From: Leucoraja erinacea | Lineage: Eukaryota | NCBI RefSeq assembly: GCF_028641065.1 | Contig: NW_026576267.1 | Location: 62,001-126,000 of the forward strand | Length of the DNA: 64,000 nucleotides | Direction of reading: 5' to 3' | Shown: positions 61,629 to 64,000 of the stretch, one piece after another | How positions within the stretch are numbered: position 1 is the first letter of the stretch | Layout: the number at the start of each line of letters is the position of its first letter | Translations under genes and position numbers: made by a program | The notes under the pieces: model-generated | Database searches by the model: none | The model's input: only the letters and a program-made list of their open reading frames with translations | What the model was told of the DNA's origin: nothing

Positions 61629-64000
61629 CTGGCGGGGTAAAGAACAGCGGTGAGCGCGCGGGGAGACGGGACGACGTCCGAGCTAGCGTAGGAAGGAACT
61701 GCAGATAGACCGAAAGGGACTCGACCCGAAAACCGTCGCCCTCTACTTCTCTCCACAGACAAGGCAAAAATAGCTGGAGTAACCAGACTGGATAGACTTG
61801 GTTTATACTCTCTAGAATTTAGAAGATTGAGAGGGGATCTTATAGAAACTTGCAAAATTCTTAAGGGGTTCGACAGGCTAGATGCAGGAAGATTGTTCCC
61901 GATGTTAGGGAAGTCCAGGACAAGGGGTCACAGCTTAAGGATAAAGGAGAAATCCTTTAAAACCGAGATGAGAAGAACTTTTTTCACGCAGAGAGTGGTG
62001 AATCTCTGGAACTCTCTGCCACAGAGGGTAGTTGAGGCCACTTCATTGGCTATATTTAAGAGGGAGTTAGATGTGGCCCTTGTGGCTAAGGGGATCAGGG
62101 GGTATGGAGAGAAGGCAGGTACGGGATACTGAGTTGGATGATCAGCCATGATCATATTGAATGGCGGTGCAGGCTCGAAGGGTCGAATGGCCTACTCCTG
62201 CACCTAATTTCTATGTTTCTATGTCTATGTTAAAGGGCCTGTCCCACCTTCACGACCCAATTCACGATCTCTGCCAAGTTTGTCCTTGACTCACACTCGC
62301 AGTATGGTCGTCACAAGGTCGTAGGCAGGATGTGATGCTAGTCATAGAAACATAGACATAGAAAATAGGTGCAGGAGGAGGCCATTCAGCCCTTCGAGCC
62401 AGCACTGCCATTCATTGTGATCATGGCTGATCGTCCCCAATCAATAACCCATGCCTGCCTTCTCCCAATATCCTTTGATTCCACTAGCCCCCAGAGCCAT
62501 ATCTAACTCTCTCTTAAATCCATCCAGTGACTTGGCCTCCGCTGCCCTCTGTGGCAGGGAATTCCACAAATTCACAACTCTCTGGGTGAAAACGTTTTTT
62601 TCTCACCTCAGTCTTAAATGACCTCCCCTTTATTCTAAGACTGTGTGGCCCCTGGTTCTGGACTCGCCCCACATTGGGAACATAGTCATAGGTATTCGTG
62701 GCATCAAGTAGGTCTGGGCGTTTTTCTAACCTGGTAAAAAATGCCCACGAGTAAATAAGGTCGTGAATTAGGTCGTGAAAGTGGGACGGGCCCATAACTC
62801 GGCGGGGACAGGCAGCATCTCTGGAGAGAAGGAATGGGTGATGTTTCGGGTCGAGGCCCTTCTTCAGACTGGTTAGGGATAAGGGGAACGAGAGATATAG
62901 ACGATATAGAGATATAGAACAATTAATAAAAGATATGCAAAAAAGTAACCATGATTAAGGAAACAGGCCATTGTTAGCTGTTTGTTGGGTAAAAATGAGA
63001 AGCTGGTGCAACTTGGGTGGGAGAGGGATAGAGAGAGAGGGAATGCCGGGGCTACCTGAAGTGAGAAAAATCAATATTCATACTACTGGGCTGTAAACTG
63101 CCCAAGCAAAATATGAGATGCTGCTCCTCCAATTTGCATTTAGCCTCACTCTGACAATGCAGGAGACCGAGGACAGAAAGGTCCGTGTGGGAATGGGAAG
63201 GAGAATTGTAGTGCACCTCTCCAGAGATACTGTCTGACCCGCTGAGTTACTCCAGCATTTTGTGTCTATCTATGGTTTAAACCAGCGTCTGCAGTTCCTT
63301 CTTGGTTTCTTGTTCCTCCAAAATATTCCAAATGGGATTTAAACTGAAGGTCGGAACTGGTCGTTGCCGGTTTAAACCGAAGCTAGACGCAAAAAAGCTG
63401 GAGTGACTCAGCGGGTAAGATCATGAGAGGGATTAGACACGGTAAACAAGTCTTTTACGCAGAGAAGGGGAATGAAGAACGAGATGACACAGGGACAGAA
63501 TAAGGTTCGGGTGGTCTAATTTTTATACTGTATCCTATGGACTTAGGAATCAGTCTGAAGAAAGGTCCCAGCCCGAAATGTTACTTGACCATACCGACCA
63601 TAGAGAATGGAGCGGCTGGGCTTGTACACTCTGGCGTTTAGAAGGATGAGAGGGCATCTCATTGAAACGTAAGATTGTTAAGGGTTTCAGCACGCCAGAG
63701 GCAGGAAACATGTTGCCGATTGGGGGAGTCCAGAACAGGGGCCACAGTTTAAGAATAAGGGGTAAGCCATTTAGAACAGAGACAAGGAAACACTTGTTCT
63801 CAGAGAGAGTTGTGAGTCTGTGGAATTCTCTGCCTCAGAGGGCGGTGGAGGCCGGTTCTCTGGATGCTTTCAAGAGAGAGCTAGATAGGGCTCTTAAAGA
63901 TAGCGTAGTCAGGGGATATGAGGAGAAGGCAGGAACGGGGTACTGATTGGGGATGATCAGCAATGATCACATTGAATGGCGGTGCTGGCTCGAAGGGCCA

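Overview
Repeat-dense vertebrate DNA, most likely from a cartilaginous fish such as a skate or ray (inferred from the CR1/HER1-like LINE, V-SINE, Rex/Babar and Penelope content). Two housekeeping genes bracket the window, both on the minus strand: the last coding exon of LSM2 (61503-61628) and the first three coding exons of VARS1 (728-5741). In human these two genes are immediate neighbours in MHC class III. Here about 55 kb separates them. The interval holds two divergent intronless H2B variants with octamer promoters and 3' stem-loops, two Arg-rich H1-derived genes with poly(A) signals (one has lost the winged-helix wing and has a perfect CRE plus TATA promoter), an orphan histone 3' end, a twice-conserved orphan histone-type promoter, and a two-exon CALHM-family channel gene. 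No H2A, H3 or H4 was seen. The best hypothesis, which is inference only, is an MHC-linked cassette of spermatogenic chromatin proteins. Other notable signals are a family of 31-34 bp palindromic insertions with 8-bp TSDs, a Gypsy element whose primer-binding site copies 50 nt of tRNA-Leu up to G37, and many Penelope hammerhead motifs. There are two N gaps. All assignments come from reading the sequence and recalled family consensus; no database search was run, and TE boundaries are approximate.
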